A DNA stretch of 64,000 nucleotides from an uncultured Actinomycetes bacterium (GTDB lineage Bacteria; Actinomycetota; UBA4738; HRBIN12), in assembly GCA_963695975.1 (NCBI GenBank), contig CAVOIB010000002.1, positions 589,855 to 653,854 on the forward strand. Reading direction: 5' to 3'. Shown piece after piece: positions 1-9,077 of this stretch. Both the position numbers and the translations under genes were made by a program. How positions within the stretch are numbered: position 1 is the first letter of the stretch; each line of letters opens with the position of its first letter. The notes under the pieces were generated by a model, which did not search any database, was not told where the DNA came from, and saw only the letters and a program-made list of their open reading frames with translations.

Positions 1-355
1 CGAACTCCGTGCCGTCGTCCATGCGGATCGCAAGCCGTCCACTCACGTGGTACTGGAAATGCGGAGCCTCGCAGCTGGCCGTCTTCGCGATGGGCTTCAC
101 GTCGTTCGACCAACGCCATCCGGGCTCGAAGACGAGTCGTCCCACTTCGTCGCCGCCGAGCACGAGGATCTCCGCGTGCCCGTTGGGGAATCCACGGGTC
201 TCATCGGGTGCCTGGTGGAGGGGGCCATGCTCGTCTCGCTCCCTTACGGCGATTCCTCGAGATTCGAGGTCGCGGCCGACCACCTGTTGGCGAGTTTCGT
301 CGAATCGGCGCCCTCCGCGGCCATCCGTCCTTGACAGCCGTCGAGCCACAGGCAT
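1..355 (-). CDS. Partial hypothetical protein (N-terminal part; cupin-like segment FPNGHAEILVLGGDEVGRLVFEPG...HFQYHVSGRLAIRMDDG). The gene runs off the left edge.
   Basis: Read from the ATG (reverse complement of 353-355) towards position 1. GC3 rises to >80% after the first ~30 codons, whereas the competing + frame (2..334) has GC3 ~60% and an odd composition. Start codon is uncertain. This ORF is absent from the supplied track, which omits edge-truncated ORFs. Confidence 0.3.
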   Translation of the reverse strand, partial: MPVARRLSRTDGRGGRRFDETRQQVVGRDLESRGIAVRERDEHGPLHQAPDETRGFPNGHAEILVLGGDEVGRLVFEPGWRWSNDVKPIAKTASCEAPHFQYHVSGRLAIRMDDGTEF

Positions 356-394
356 ACGGTCCGCCCGGTTGCTCTGGGTGGAAGGTGTTGCGAC

Positions 395-1183
395 ATGCGA
401 GACGCCGGGGGGCCGAGCCTTCAGTCCGTAACGCGGGCGATACGCGCGCTCGAGCTGATCGCCGAGGCCGGCGAGTTGGGCGTGACCGAGCTCGGCCGCC
501 GGTTGGAGGTCCATAAGGCCACCGCCTCCCGGCTCGTGGCGACGCTTGCGGAACGAGGCCTCGTCGAACGCGACGCGGTCTCGGAGAAGTACCGGCTGGG
601 GTTCGGGCTGATCCGTCTGGCCGGCGCCGCCATGGCCGGCCTCGACCTGGTGCGGACCGCCCACCCGATCCTGGAGGAACTGGCCGACCGCACTCGAGAG
701 ACCGTCAACCTCGGTGTGCTCTCCGGCGGTGCGGTGGTCTACGTGGATCAGGTCTCCGGCACTCACGCCATCGTGAGTGTGAGCTGGGTCGGACGTCGGA
801 CGCCGCTGCACTGCACGTCGAACGGCAAGGTGCTGCTCGCCTACCTGTCGGACGCCGAGCGGGACCGGCTGCTCGCCGGCCCCCTCAAGCGCGAGACCCC
901 GGCGACGATCGTCGACGTGAAGGTCCTACACGCGCAGCTCCGCGACATCCTCGTGCGCGGCTACGCACAGACGCTGGAAGAGCTGGAGGAGGGTCTCAAC
1001 GCGGTGGCCGCACCGATCCGCCAGGCAGACGGGGAGGCGCTCGCCGCGGTGTCCGTATCCGGGCCGGCGTTCCGGATGCGGCCCGTTGACCTTCCGCGGA
1101 TCGCTCGGTTGACCGTGGATGCGGCGAACGCGATCTCGCGGCGCCTCGGCTACGTCGAGCGTGGACGGACGGCCGCCGGCTGA
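395..1183 (+). CDS. IclR-family transcriptional regulator
   Basis: 262 aa with an N-terminal wHTH (GVTELGRRLEVHKATASRLVATLAERGLVERD) and a C-terminal IclR effector domain. Standard length for the family. Confidence 0.85.
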   Translation: MRDAGGPSLQSVTRAIRALELIAEAGELGVTELGRRLEVHKATASRLVATLAERGLVERDAVSEKYRLGFGLIRLAGAAMAGLDLVRTAHPILEELADRTRETVNLGVLSGGAVVYVDQVSGTHAIVSVSWVGRRTPLHCTSNGKVLLAYLSDAERDRLLAGPLKRETPATIVDVKVLHAQLRDILVRGYAQTLEELEEGLNAVAAPIRQADGEALAAVSVSGPAFRMRPVDLPRIARLTVDAANAISRRLGYVERGRTAAG

Positions 1184-1201
1184 GCCGGGAGGAGAGCGAG
1201 G

Positions 1202-2236
1202 ATGGAATGGGATGCCCACCGACGTGCGGTGCCATCGCTCCTGGACGCGATCGGCCGAACGCCGCTCGTCCGGCTCGCCCGAGTCGCGCCCGAAGGCTTG
1301 CAGCTCTCGGCCAAGGTCGAGTGGTACGGCCCCACGGGCTCGGTGAAGGATCGGATCTACGCGCACATGCTGGAGCGGGCCGAGGCGCGCGGCGACCTCC
1401 GCCCCGGCATGACGATCATCGAATGTACGACCGGCAACGCCGGGATCGCGTGCAGCGCCGTTGCCGCGGTGAAGGGCTACGACTGCATGATCGTGATGCC
1501 CGAGGGGATGAGCGTCGAGCGCAAACGGATGATCGCTGCGTACGGTGCGGAGCTCGTCCTCACCCCGGGCGCGGGCACCGACATCGATCTGGCGCTTGCG
1601 AAGATGCGCGAGATCGTGGGGTCCGACCCGGAGCGCTACTTCTTCCCCGGGGAGTTCGAAAACCCGGACAACCCCGACGCACAACTCGTCTCCGGCGAGG
1701 AGATCTGGGAGCAGACCGGCGGCGCGGTCGATGCGATCGTGGCGGCGCAGGGCACCGGCGGCTGGATCACGGGTGTCGCGCGAGCGCTGAAGGCGCATGA
1801 TCCCGGCATCCGTGCGTACGTCGTCGAGCCCTTGGAGTGTCCGTTGATCTCGGCAGAGCGGTGGGGGACGCACGGCGTCCCCGGCATCGGCGACGGCATC
1901 ATCCCGCGCAACCTAGACCTGGCGCTGATGGACGGGATCGTGACGGCGTCCACCGATGAGGCGCTCGTCATGGCGCGCCGGCTCGCTCGCGAAGAGGCGC
2001 TCCTGTGCGGTCCTTCGTCGGGGATCAACGTGGCGGCCGCCGTGAAGGTGGCGGCCGCGCACCCCGAGATCAGACGGATCGTCACGGTCATCGCCGATAC
2101 GGGCCAGCGATATCTGAGCGGCGAACTGTTCGGCGAACGCATCGAGGTCGTGGAGCCCGACCGGGTCCATCAGATCGACGCCGGCACGCTCGATCAGCTG
2201 CGCGCGAACCGCGACCGCCTCGAGTTCATCGCCTAG
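1202..2236 (+). CDS. PLP-dependent cysteine synthase / CBS-family (tryptophan-synthase-beta fold) enzyme
   Basis: PLP lysine motif GSVKDRI, glycine-rich loop TTGNAGIA, 344 aa. Family call only; substrate unknown. Confidence 0.8.
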   Translation: MEWDAHRRAVPSLLDAIGRTPLVRLARVAPEGLQLSAKVEWYGPTGSVKDRIYAHMLERAEARGDLRPGMTIIECTTGNAGIACSAVAAVKGYDCMIVMPEGMSVERKRMIAAYGAELVLTPGAGTDIDLALAKMREIVGSDPERYFFPGEFENPDNPDAQLVSGEEIWEQTGGAVDAIVAAQGTGGWITGVARALKAHDPGIRAYVVEPLECPLISAERWGTHGVPGIGDGIIPRNLDLALMDGIVTASTDEALVMARRLAREEALLCGPSSGINVAAAVKVAAAHPEIRRIVTVIADTGQRYLSGELFGERIEVVEPDRVHQIDAGTLDQLRANRDRLEFIA

Positions 2237-2285
2237 GCCCAGCTACGCCGGACGGACCATTGAACGACCGTTCAATCCGCACGCT

Positions 2286-3476
2286 ATGCTGCCGATCGTG
2301 AGCACCTCCAGGATGACCGGTGAGGACCGCGAGATCCAAAGACGTGCTCGGCGCTTCGTCGATGACGAGCTGATCCCGTGGGAGCTCCACGCCGAGGAGC
2401 ACAACGGTGAGATCCCTCCCGAGATCACGCAGCGCCATCACGACCTCGCGATCGAGCTCGGGCTGTTCGCGATGAACATGCCGAAGGAGCTGGGCGGTAC
2501 CGGCATGACGATGTTCCAGCAGGCCCTGGTATCGGAGCAGATCGGCCGAGTGACGAACGCCCTCGGATGGTGCGTGCACACGCCGCCGGCTTGGGCCCCC
2601 GCCGTCTGTACCCCGTACCAGATCGACACCTGGATCAGGCCGACCGTGGCCGGCGAGATGAGCGAGTGCTACGCGATCACCGAGGCGGGGGCCGGATCGG
2701 ACGTGGATTCGATCGCCGCCACCGCGCGGCGAGATGCGGACGACTACGTCGTGCGTGGCGAGAAGATCCACGTGACGTCGTTCAACAGGGCCGCGTACTG
2801 CTTCTTCCAGGCGAAGATCGTCGGCGGTCCGAACGAGGGTGCGCACGCGATGTTCTTCGTGGACAAGGACACGCCTGGCGTCCGCCTCGTCCGCGAGCCC
2901 CGGTATTCCCACACCTACCCTGACTCGCATGCGGTCGTAGCGTTCGAGGACGTTCGCGTGCCGGCTGCGAACCTGATCGGCGCCGAGGGCGACGGCATGG
3001 CGTTCACCTACGAGTGGTTCCGGTACGAGCGGCTGATGATCGCCGCCCGGTGCTGCGGCGCGGCCGAGCGGCTCATCGACGAGGCTACCGCGTTCTCCAA
3101 AGAGCGGGTGCAGTTCGGCGGGGCGATCTTCTCGTTCCAGGCGATCCAGCACATGCTCGCGGATTCGCTCACCGAGCTCTGGGCGGCGAGGCTCATGACG
3201 TACGGGCTCGCGCGGAGCATCGATGAGGGGATGGACGTGAAGCTCCAGCACGCGCAGTGCTCGATGACCAAGCTCTACGCGAGTGAGATGGCCGGTCGGG
3301 TCGCCGACCGCGCCGTCCAGATCTTCGGGGGGCGCGGCTATATGCGCGAGAACGTCGCGGAACGCTTCTGGCGTGAGGTCCGCGTCGACCGGATCTGGGA
3401 AGGTACCTCAGAGATCCAGCGCAACATCATCGCCGACCAGCTCGGCAAGCGAGGCGTCCGGGGTCTGATCGGCTAG
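2286..3476 (+). CDS. Acyl-CoA dehydrogenase
   Basis: ACAD N-terminal, middle and C-terminal signatures (IFGGRGYMRENVAERFWREVRVDRIWEGTSEIQR). The start could instead be M at 2310. Confidence 0.85.
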   Translation: MLPIVSTSRMTGEDREIQRRARRFVDDELIPWELHAEEHNGEIPPEITQRHHDLAIELGLFAMNMPKELGGTGMTMFQQALVSEQIGRVTNALGWCVHTPPAWAPAVCTPYQIDTWIRPTVAGEMSECYAITEAGAGSDVDSIAATARRDADDYVVRGEKIHVTSFNRAAYCFFQAKIVGGPNEGAHAMFFVDKDTPGVRLVREPRYSHTYPDSHAVVAFEDVRVPAANLIGAEGDGMAFTYEWFRYERLMIAARCCGAAERLIDEATAFSKERVQFGGAIFSFQAIQHMLADSLTELWAARLMTYGLARSIDEGMDVKLQHAQCSMTKLYASEMAGRVADRAVQIFGGRGYMRENVAERFWREVRVDRIWEGTSEIQRNIIADQLGKRGVRGLIG

Positions 3477-3543
3477 CTCGCCGCGGCACGCACGCGGCCC
3501 CTCCGCTACGCTTCATCGGACGCGCGCGACGAAGGGGAGTCCC

Positions 3544-5034
3544 ATGGAGCGGATCAGCCACTGGATCGGCGGCAAGACGGTGATCGGCGAGTCGGGACGG
3601 GTCGGACCGGTCTTCGATCCCGCAACGGGCCTCCAGACCCACGAGGTGGATCTGGCGAGCGTCGGAGAGGTCGATCGGGCCGTGGCGGCCGCTGCCGAGG
3701 CGTTCCCTGCCTGGCGGGCGACCTCCCTGGCGAAGCGTTCGGAGATCATGTTCAGGCTGCGCGAGCTGATCGACACGCATCGAGCGGACATCGCGAAGAT
3801 CCTCACGGCGCAGCACGGCAAGGTGCTTTCGGACGCGATGGGCGAGGTCGCCCGAGGCCTGGAGAACATCGAGTACGCGTGTGGCGTGCCGAACCTGCTG
3901 AAGGGCGGGTTCAGCGAACAAGTCTCGACCGGCGTGGACGTGTACTCGATCCGCCAGCCGCTCGGGGTCGTCGCCGGCATCACGCCGTTCAACTTCCCGG
4001 CGATGGTTCCTATGTGGATGTTCGCGAACGCGATCGCCTGCGGGAACACGTTCGTGTTGAAGCCCTCCGAGAAGGACCCCGGCGCCTCGATGGTCGTGGC
4101 GGAGCTCCTGTCGGAAGCGGGGGTGCCCGACGGTGTGTTCAACGTGGTCCACGGCGACAAGGTGGCGGTCGACGCGATCCTCGAGCACCCGACGATCGCG
4201 GCCGTGAGCTTCGTCGGCTCCACCCCGATCGCGAGATACATCTACGAGACCGGCACGAAGAACGGCAAGCGCGTGCAGGCACTCGGAGGCGCAAAGAACC
4301 ACATGATCGTGCTGCCGGACGCGGACGTGGAGATGGCAGCCGACGCCGCGGTCTCCGCGGGCTTCGGCTCCGCGGGTGAGCGCTGCATGGCGGTCTCGGT
4401 CCTGGTCGCGGTCGGAGACGTCGCCCAGCCGCTGGTCGACGCGATCGTCGAGCGTCTGTCGAAGATCAAGGTGGGTCCCGGGCACGACCCCGAATCGGAG
4501 ATGGGCCCGCTCGTCACAAGGGAGCATCGCGACAGGGTGGCGGGCTACCTCGACTCCGCGCGCGAGCAAGGCGCCAGGGTGATCGCCGACGGGCGCGAGC
4601 ACGAGTTGCACGGCGGCGTCGGCTTCTTCCTCGGCCTCTCGCTCATCGACCACGTTCGGCCAGAGATGGACTGCTACAAGGACGAGATCTTCGGCCCAGT
4701 GCTGTCGGTGGTCCGCGCTTCCTCCTACGACGAGGCGCTCGGCCTGGTGAACGACAACCCATACGGCAACGGCGTCGCGATCTTCACGCGCGACGGCGGC
4801 GCGGCGCGACAGTTCCAATTCGACGTACACGTGGGGATGGTCGGCGTGAACGTACCGATCCCCGTCCCGGTCGCGTACTACTCGTTCGGCGGGTGGAAGG
4901 CCTCGCTCTTCGGGGATCAGCACATGTACGGCCCGGACGGGATCGACTTCTACACGCGCGCCAAGGTGGTGACCGCGCGATGGCCCGATCCCGGGACCAG
5001 CCGCGTCGACCTCGGCTTCCCGAGGACTCGCTGA
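3544..5034 (+). CDS. mmsA: CoA-acylating methylmalonate-semialdehyde dehydrogenase
   Basis: Aldehyde dehydrogenase family, 496 aa. Motifs FNFPAMVPMWM, VLKPSEKDP, and catalytic GERCMA as in MmsA/IolA. Confidence 0.85.
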   Translation: MERISHWIGGKTVIGESGRVGPVFDPATGLQTHEVDLASVGEVDRAVAAAAEAFPAWRATSLAKRSEIMFRLRELIDTHRADIAKILTAQHGKVLSDAMGEVARGLENIEYACGVPNLLKGGFSEQVSTGVDVYSIRQPLGVVAGITPFNFPAMVPMWMFANAIACGNTFVLKPSEKDPGASMVVAELLSEAGVPDGVFNVVHGDKVAVDAILEHPTIAAVSFVGSTPIARYIYETGTKNGKRVQALGGAKNHMIVLPDADVEMAADAAVSAGFGSAGERCMAVSVLVAVGDVAQPLVDAIVERLSKIKVGPGHDPESEMGPLVTREHRDRVAGYLDSAREQGARVIADGREHELHGGVGFFLGLSLIDHVRPEMDCYKDEIFGPVLSVVRASSYDEALGLVNDNPYGNGVAIFTRDGGAARQFQFDVHVGMVGVNVPIPVPVAYYSFGGWKASLFGDQHMYGPDGIDFYTRAKVVTARWPDPGTSRVDLGFPRTR

Positions 5035-5489
5035 TGGCTGCCCTCGAGGAGCTTCTGGCGCGCGAAGAGCGGGCGTGGGCGTCGATGTGGGCACAGGTCG
5101 AGCGGGTTCCGGCCGATGACCGGACGCACGAGGGCGTGGTCGGGGATTGGTCGACCAAGGACGTCGTTTGGCACTGCGCCTACTGGGCTGGGTTCTGCGC
5201 CGAGCACCTGGACATCAAGCGCACCGGATCGTGGAGCGATCCGTTCGCGGGCGAATCCGACGAACACTGGGATCGCGTGAACCAGGAGATCGCCGACGCA
5301 TCGAAGGCGATGACGTGGGTCGAGGTGGAGGCCGGAGCGAAGACCGCACGCGACCGAGCCCGTGCGGCGCTCGCCGCGTTCGACGAGGTGGACGATGTCG
5401 CCGAGGGCTGGTTCGCGGATGAAACGTTCATCCACTACGACGAGCACGCGAAGCACCTCGGGGCGTTCGCCGACTCGCTCTCGGGTTGA
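5032..5489 (+). CDS. DinB / maleylpyruvate-isomerase-N-domain-like hypothetical protein
   Basis: ATG overlaps the mmsA stop (TGATG). WHCAYWAGFCAEHLD segment. The longer ORF 4893.. lies inside mmsA and was trimmed. Confidence 0.5.
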
Positions 5490-5494
5490 CGCCC

Positions 5495-6079
5495 CTAGGG
5501 ATCGAACCGCATGAACCAGATGTGCGGCCCGCCGAGCGGCGCGTCGTCGTGCAGCGTCAAACGGAACCCGAACCGCTCGTAGTACGCGACGTTCCCCGCG
5601 ACCCCCGTTTCGAGGAACGCGGGCAGACCGTCGTTCCGAGCGCGTTCCAGCCCGAGTTCCATCAGGCTCGCGCCGATCCCTTCACCCTGCCGCGCTGGCT
5701 CGACCCCGATCTGGTCCAGGTACCAGATCGGCTCGTCGGGGATCTCCGACTCGACCCAGTCCCAGAGCGCGTCGTGGATCAGACCGCCATCAGCTGAGAG
5801 CGCATGGAACGCCTCCTTGAGCCCTGCGTTCTGGTCGGCGAGGGCCGTCGCATCGTCCGGCCCCAGCCATGCTGCAGCTCCGGCCGCGTCACCCGCTTCC
5901 CACAGGACCCCGAGTCTCGCCCACTGATCGTCGATCAGTTCGAAGAACCGCCGGGTCCCGTCGCGATCCTCCGGTGCGATCGAGGCCGAGATCATCGGGT
6001 CGTCCGCGAACGCCCGGGCCATCATCGCCGCAATAGCGGGTGCCCGTTCATTCCGTACCTGCCGGATCTCGATCGTCAT
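5495..6079 (-). CDS. GNAT family N-acetyltransferase
   Basis: 194 aa. Acetyl-CoA-binding motif QIGVEPARQGEGIGASLME and C-terminal YERFGF. Confidence 0.75.
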   Translation of the reverse strand: MTIEIRQVRNERAPAIAAMMARAFADDPMISASIAPEDRDGTRRFFELIDDQWARLGVLWEAGDAAGAAAWLGPDDATALADQNAGLKEAFHALSADGGLIHDALWDWVESEIPDEPIWYLDQIGVEPARQGEGIGASLMELGLERARNDGLPAFLETGVAGNVAYYERFGFRLTLHDDAPLGGPHIWFMRFDP

Positions 6080-6161
6080 CCGGTCAGCCTAACTTCGGCG
6101 CTACCGGCTCGGGACCGGCGCGCCGTATCCTTGGCGCACCCGTCTTGAGGAGCACGCACAC

Positions 6162-7322
6162 ATGCAGACCGACCGAAGCCCGCTCGACCGCCTCCGTGAG
6201 GATCACGGTCCTTGGCACCCGCGCCCCACGCTCGAGGGCAGCGACTACACCAGCTGGGAGGTGTACGACCGCGAACGCGAACGGATCTGGTGGGGGGATT
6301 GGGTCTGTGCAGGCAGGACCGAGGAGGTCCCGAACCCCGGCGACTACATCGTTCGCGATATCGCCGGCGAGTCGATCTTCGTCGTCCGGACCGAGTCGAA
6401 TGAGCTTCGCGGCTTCTACAACGTGTGCAGCCACCGTGGCACGAAGTTCGTGGACGACATCGAGGGAACCGGCCACGTCCGTAAGGCGTTCGTGTGCCCG
6501 TACCACGGATGGACGTACGACCCGAACGGACAGCTGGTCGGCACGCCGAACGTGAAGGAGGACGAGCTCTTCGAGCGGTCGGCCTACCCGCTGCACGGCG
6601 TCACGGTCGAAAGCTACGCGGGTTTCCTGTTCGTGAACCTGTCGGGCGAGCCCCGGCCGTTGAGGGAGGCGCTCACCGACGGTGCCGAGTCGATCACGGT
6701 CTTCGAGCGCTTCAAGATGGACGAGCTCCGGATCGGTGTCCGTCTCGTGTACGAGGTCGAGGCCAACTGGAAGATCGTCGTGGAGAACTACAACGAGTGC
6801 CTGCACTGCCCGCAGATCCATCCGGAGCTCGTCCAGGTCGTGCCCCTGTTCCGCTTCGGCGAGGTCTGGGACGAAGAGCTCCGTGACGACGGCAACCGCA
6901 TGGTGGAGGGCGCCACGAGCTTCACGAAGACCGGCCGGTCGGAACTGCCGAAGCTCCCGGACCTCGCGCCCGAGGACTACGACATGTACTACGGGAGCTA
7001 CGAGTTCCCGAACCTGATGTTGAACCTCCACCCGGATTGCGGGATGTACTACATCGGCTATCCGAAGGCGCCGAACCACACGACGGTCGTGTCCGAATTC
7101 CTGTTCCGACCGGAGACGATCGCTGGGGCGGACTTCAACCCGGACCCTGTGGTCGAGCTGTGGGACCTGATCTCGAGGCAAGACTGGGATGTATGTGTCC
7201 GTGCGCAGACCGGGGTCGGGTCACGCGCGTTCAAGACGGGCGTCTTCCCGCGGCAGGATCGGTTCCTCTACTGGTTCAACGAAGAGTACCGGCTCGCGAT
7301 GGGCCGCGAGCCCCAGGGCTGA
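6162..7322 (+). CDS. Rieske [2Fe-2S] non-heme-iron oxygenase, alpha (catalytic) subunit
   Basis: Rieske ligands CSHRG...CPYHGW, then a mononuclear-iron catalytic domain, 386 aa. RBS GAGGAG. No beta-subunit or reductase gene is adjacent. Confidence 0.85.
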   Translation: MQTDRSPLDRLREDHGPWHPRPTLEGSDYTSWEVYDRERERIWWGDWVCAGRTEEVPNPGDYIVRDIAGESIFVVRTESNELRGFYNVCSHRGTKFVDDIEGTGHVRKAFVCPYHGWTYDPNGQLVGTPNVKEDELFERSAYPLHGVTVESYAGFLFVNLSGEPRPLREALTDGAESITVFERFKMDELRIGVRLVYEVEANWKIVVENYNECLHCPQIHPELVQVVPLFRFGEVWDEELRDDGNRMVEGATSFTKTGRSELPKLPDLAPEDYDMYYGSYEFPNLMLNLHPDCGMYYIGYPKAPNHTTVVSEFLFRPETIAGADFNPDPVVELWDLISRQDWDVCVRAQTGVGSRAFKTGVFPRQDRFLYWFNEEYRLAMGREPQG

Positions 7323-7323
7323 T

Positions 7324-8205
7324 GTGACCGGACGCTTCACCCTCATCGGTGTGCCCATCGACTCGGTCGGCCGGTCGGGTGGAACCGAGCACGGACCGGC
7401 GACCCTCCGCGACCTCGGCCTCGCGGAAGTGTGTGGCACCGATGCCGGGGATCTCGACGTCCGGATCCGAGGCGAGGAGCGTGACCCGGCGACCGGCATC
7501 GTCGGGAGCGCTGGTGTGTTGCGCACGACCGCGGCGATCCGGGATGCGGTCGCGGCCTCGCTCGCAGACGGTGCGAGTCCGTTCCTCGCGGGCGGGTGCT
7601 GCGCCGAGCTCCCGGGAGCCCTCGCGGGCGCGCGAGACGTCGTCGGTCGCGTCGGTGTCGCGTACCTCGACGGGCATCTGGATCTCTATGACGGGGTGAC
7701 CTCACCTACCGGGGAGGGGGCGGACATGCCGCTGTCCGTCGCGCTCGGGTTCGGCCCGGCCGCATGGGTGGACATGTGCGGCGGCGCCTCTGCTCGCCCC
7801 GAGGACGTGGTGCCGATCGGGTATCGCGACGCCGACGAGCTGCCGACGTTCGCGTCGCTCGCGCCGACGCTCGGTCCCGGGTTCGGGCCGATCTCGAAGG
7901 ACGAAGTTCAGGCGCAGGGTCCAGCCGCCGTGGGCGAACGCGTTGCCGTCTCCTTGGCCGCGTCGGCCGGCAACTACTGGCTGCACCTGGACGTCGACAT
8001 CCTCGGGGAAGACGTGTTCCCAGCGACGGACTACCTGATGCCCGATGGCCTGGACATGAGCGAGCTGGTGTCGCTGATGCGGCCGCTCGCGAGGTCGACT
8101 TCGCTGGTAGGCGTGTCGCTCGGGTGCTTCAATCCGGAGAAGGATTCCGGCGGCGCGTGCGGCCGCGCGCTCGTCAGCGCGTTCACCGAGGTATTCGGCG
8201 CCTAG
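7324..8205 (+). CDS. Arginase/agmatinase/formiminoglutamase-family ureohydrolase
   Basis: GTG start immediately after the Rieske stop. Mn-binding-like DGHLDLYD and LHLDVDIL segments. The longer track ORF 7189.. overlaps the Rieske gene and was trimmed. Confidence 0.7.
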   Translation: MTGRFTLIGVPIDSVGRSGGTEHGPATLRDLGLAEVCGTDAGDLDVRIRGEERDPATGIVGSAGVLRTTAAIRDAVAASLADGASPFLAGGCCAELPGALAGARDVVGRVGVAYLDGHLDLYDGVTSPTGEGADMPLSVALGFGPAAWVDMCGGASARPEDVVPIGYRDADELPTFASLAPTLGPGFGPISKDEVQAQGPAAVGERVAVSLAASAGNYWLHLDVDILGEDVFPATDYLMPDGLDMSELVSLMRPLARSTSLVGVSLGCFNPEKDSGGACGRALVSAFTEVFGA

Positions 8206-9077
8206 TTCGCGAGCGCGTCATGAAGCTGATCGAGCGTCGGCATGCCCTCTCGTGCGCCCGGCACGCGGACCGACAGCGCGGCGGCCACGACGGCCTGGAA
8301 TACGGCGGTCCTTAAGGGGAGCGACCGCGCGAGGCCCGCCGCCAGGACCCCGTTGAAGCAGTCGCCGGCGCCCGTCGTGTCGACGGCTTCCACGGTGACG
8401 CCGGGGACGTCCTCGACGCCGGCTCTGGTGTGGACCCGCGCACCCTGGGCGCCGCGCGTCTCGATCACGGTGAGGCCGGCTGGGAGCGCTCCGAGCGCCG
8501 CGAGCTCGCCCGCGTTGGGGGTGAGGTACGTCGCCAACGGCAGGAGTTCGATGACCCACGGCTGGAACGGCGCCGGATTCACGATGATCGGGACGTCGTG
8601 ATCGTGACTCCAGGCGACGGTGGCACGAGCGGCAGGTTCTACGATCTCGAGGCTCACGAGCACCAGGTGCGGGCGGAGCGTCTCGATCGCGTCGATCGCG
8701 TGCTCGGCGCTGAGCAGGGCGTTAGCGCCAGACGCGACCGTGATCTGATTCTCACCTCGCGGATCGACCACGATCAACGCGGTGCCGGTCGGCGCGTCCG
8801 GCGTCACGAGGACGTTATCGGTTCGCACGCCCTCTCCCCGCAGAGCGTCGATCGCGGCGGTCCCAAACTGATCGTCGCCCACGGCGCCGATCATCGACGT
8901 CTTCATCTCGACGCGCGCCGCCGCCACGGCCTGGTTCCCACCCTTGCCTCCATGATGCTGCGAGTAAGTCGCCCCGGTCACGGTCTGGCCCGGTCCGGGT
9001 AGCGGGGCCCCTGTGGCGACCAGGTCGACGTTGATGGCGCCGACCACCGCCAGGATCGGCTCGCCCTCCGCCCTCAT
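8202..9077 (-). CDS. rbsK: Ribokinase / PfkB-family sugar kinase
   Basis: GG motif SQHHGGKGGNQAVAAAR and C-terminal anion hole DTTGAGDCFNG. Real start is MRAEGEPILAVVGA; the 411-aa track ORF is an N-terminal over-extension. Confidence 0.85.
   Translation of the reverse strand: MRAEGEPILAVVGAINVDLVATGAPLPGPGQTVTGATYSQHHGGKGGNQAVAAARVEMKTSMIGAVGDDQFGTAAIDALRGEGVRTDNVLVTPDAPTGTALIVVDPRGENQITVASGANALLSAEHAIDAIETLRPHLVLVSLEIVEPAARATVAWSHDHDVPIIVNPAPFQPWVIELLPLATYLTPNAGELAALGALPAGLTVIETRGAQGARVHTRAGVEDVPGVTVEAVDTTGAGDCFNGVLAAGLARSLPLRTAVFQAVVAAALSVRVPGAREGMPTLDQLHDALAN

Noticed and set aside
2-334. + strand frame-2 open segment, possible C-terminus of a gene entering from the left
   Set aside because: GC3 is only ~60% and the peptide composition is odd. 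The opposite strand has higher GC3 and a cupin-like pattern. I kept the minus-strand call at low confidence.
3427-5094. 555-aa - strand ORF
   Set aside because: Antisense to mmsA (aldehyde dehydrogenase motifs on the + strand). Low-complexity Arg/Asp/His-rich translation.
6084-7181. 365-aa - strand ORF
   Set aside because: Antisense to the Rieske oxygenase gene, whose CxH...CxxH motifs identify the + strand as coding.
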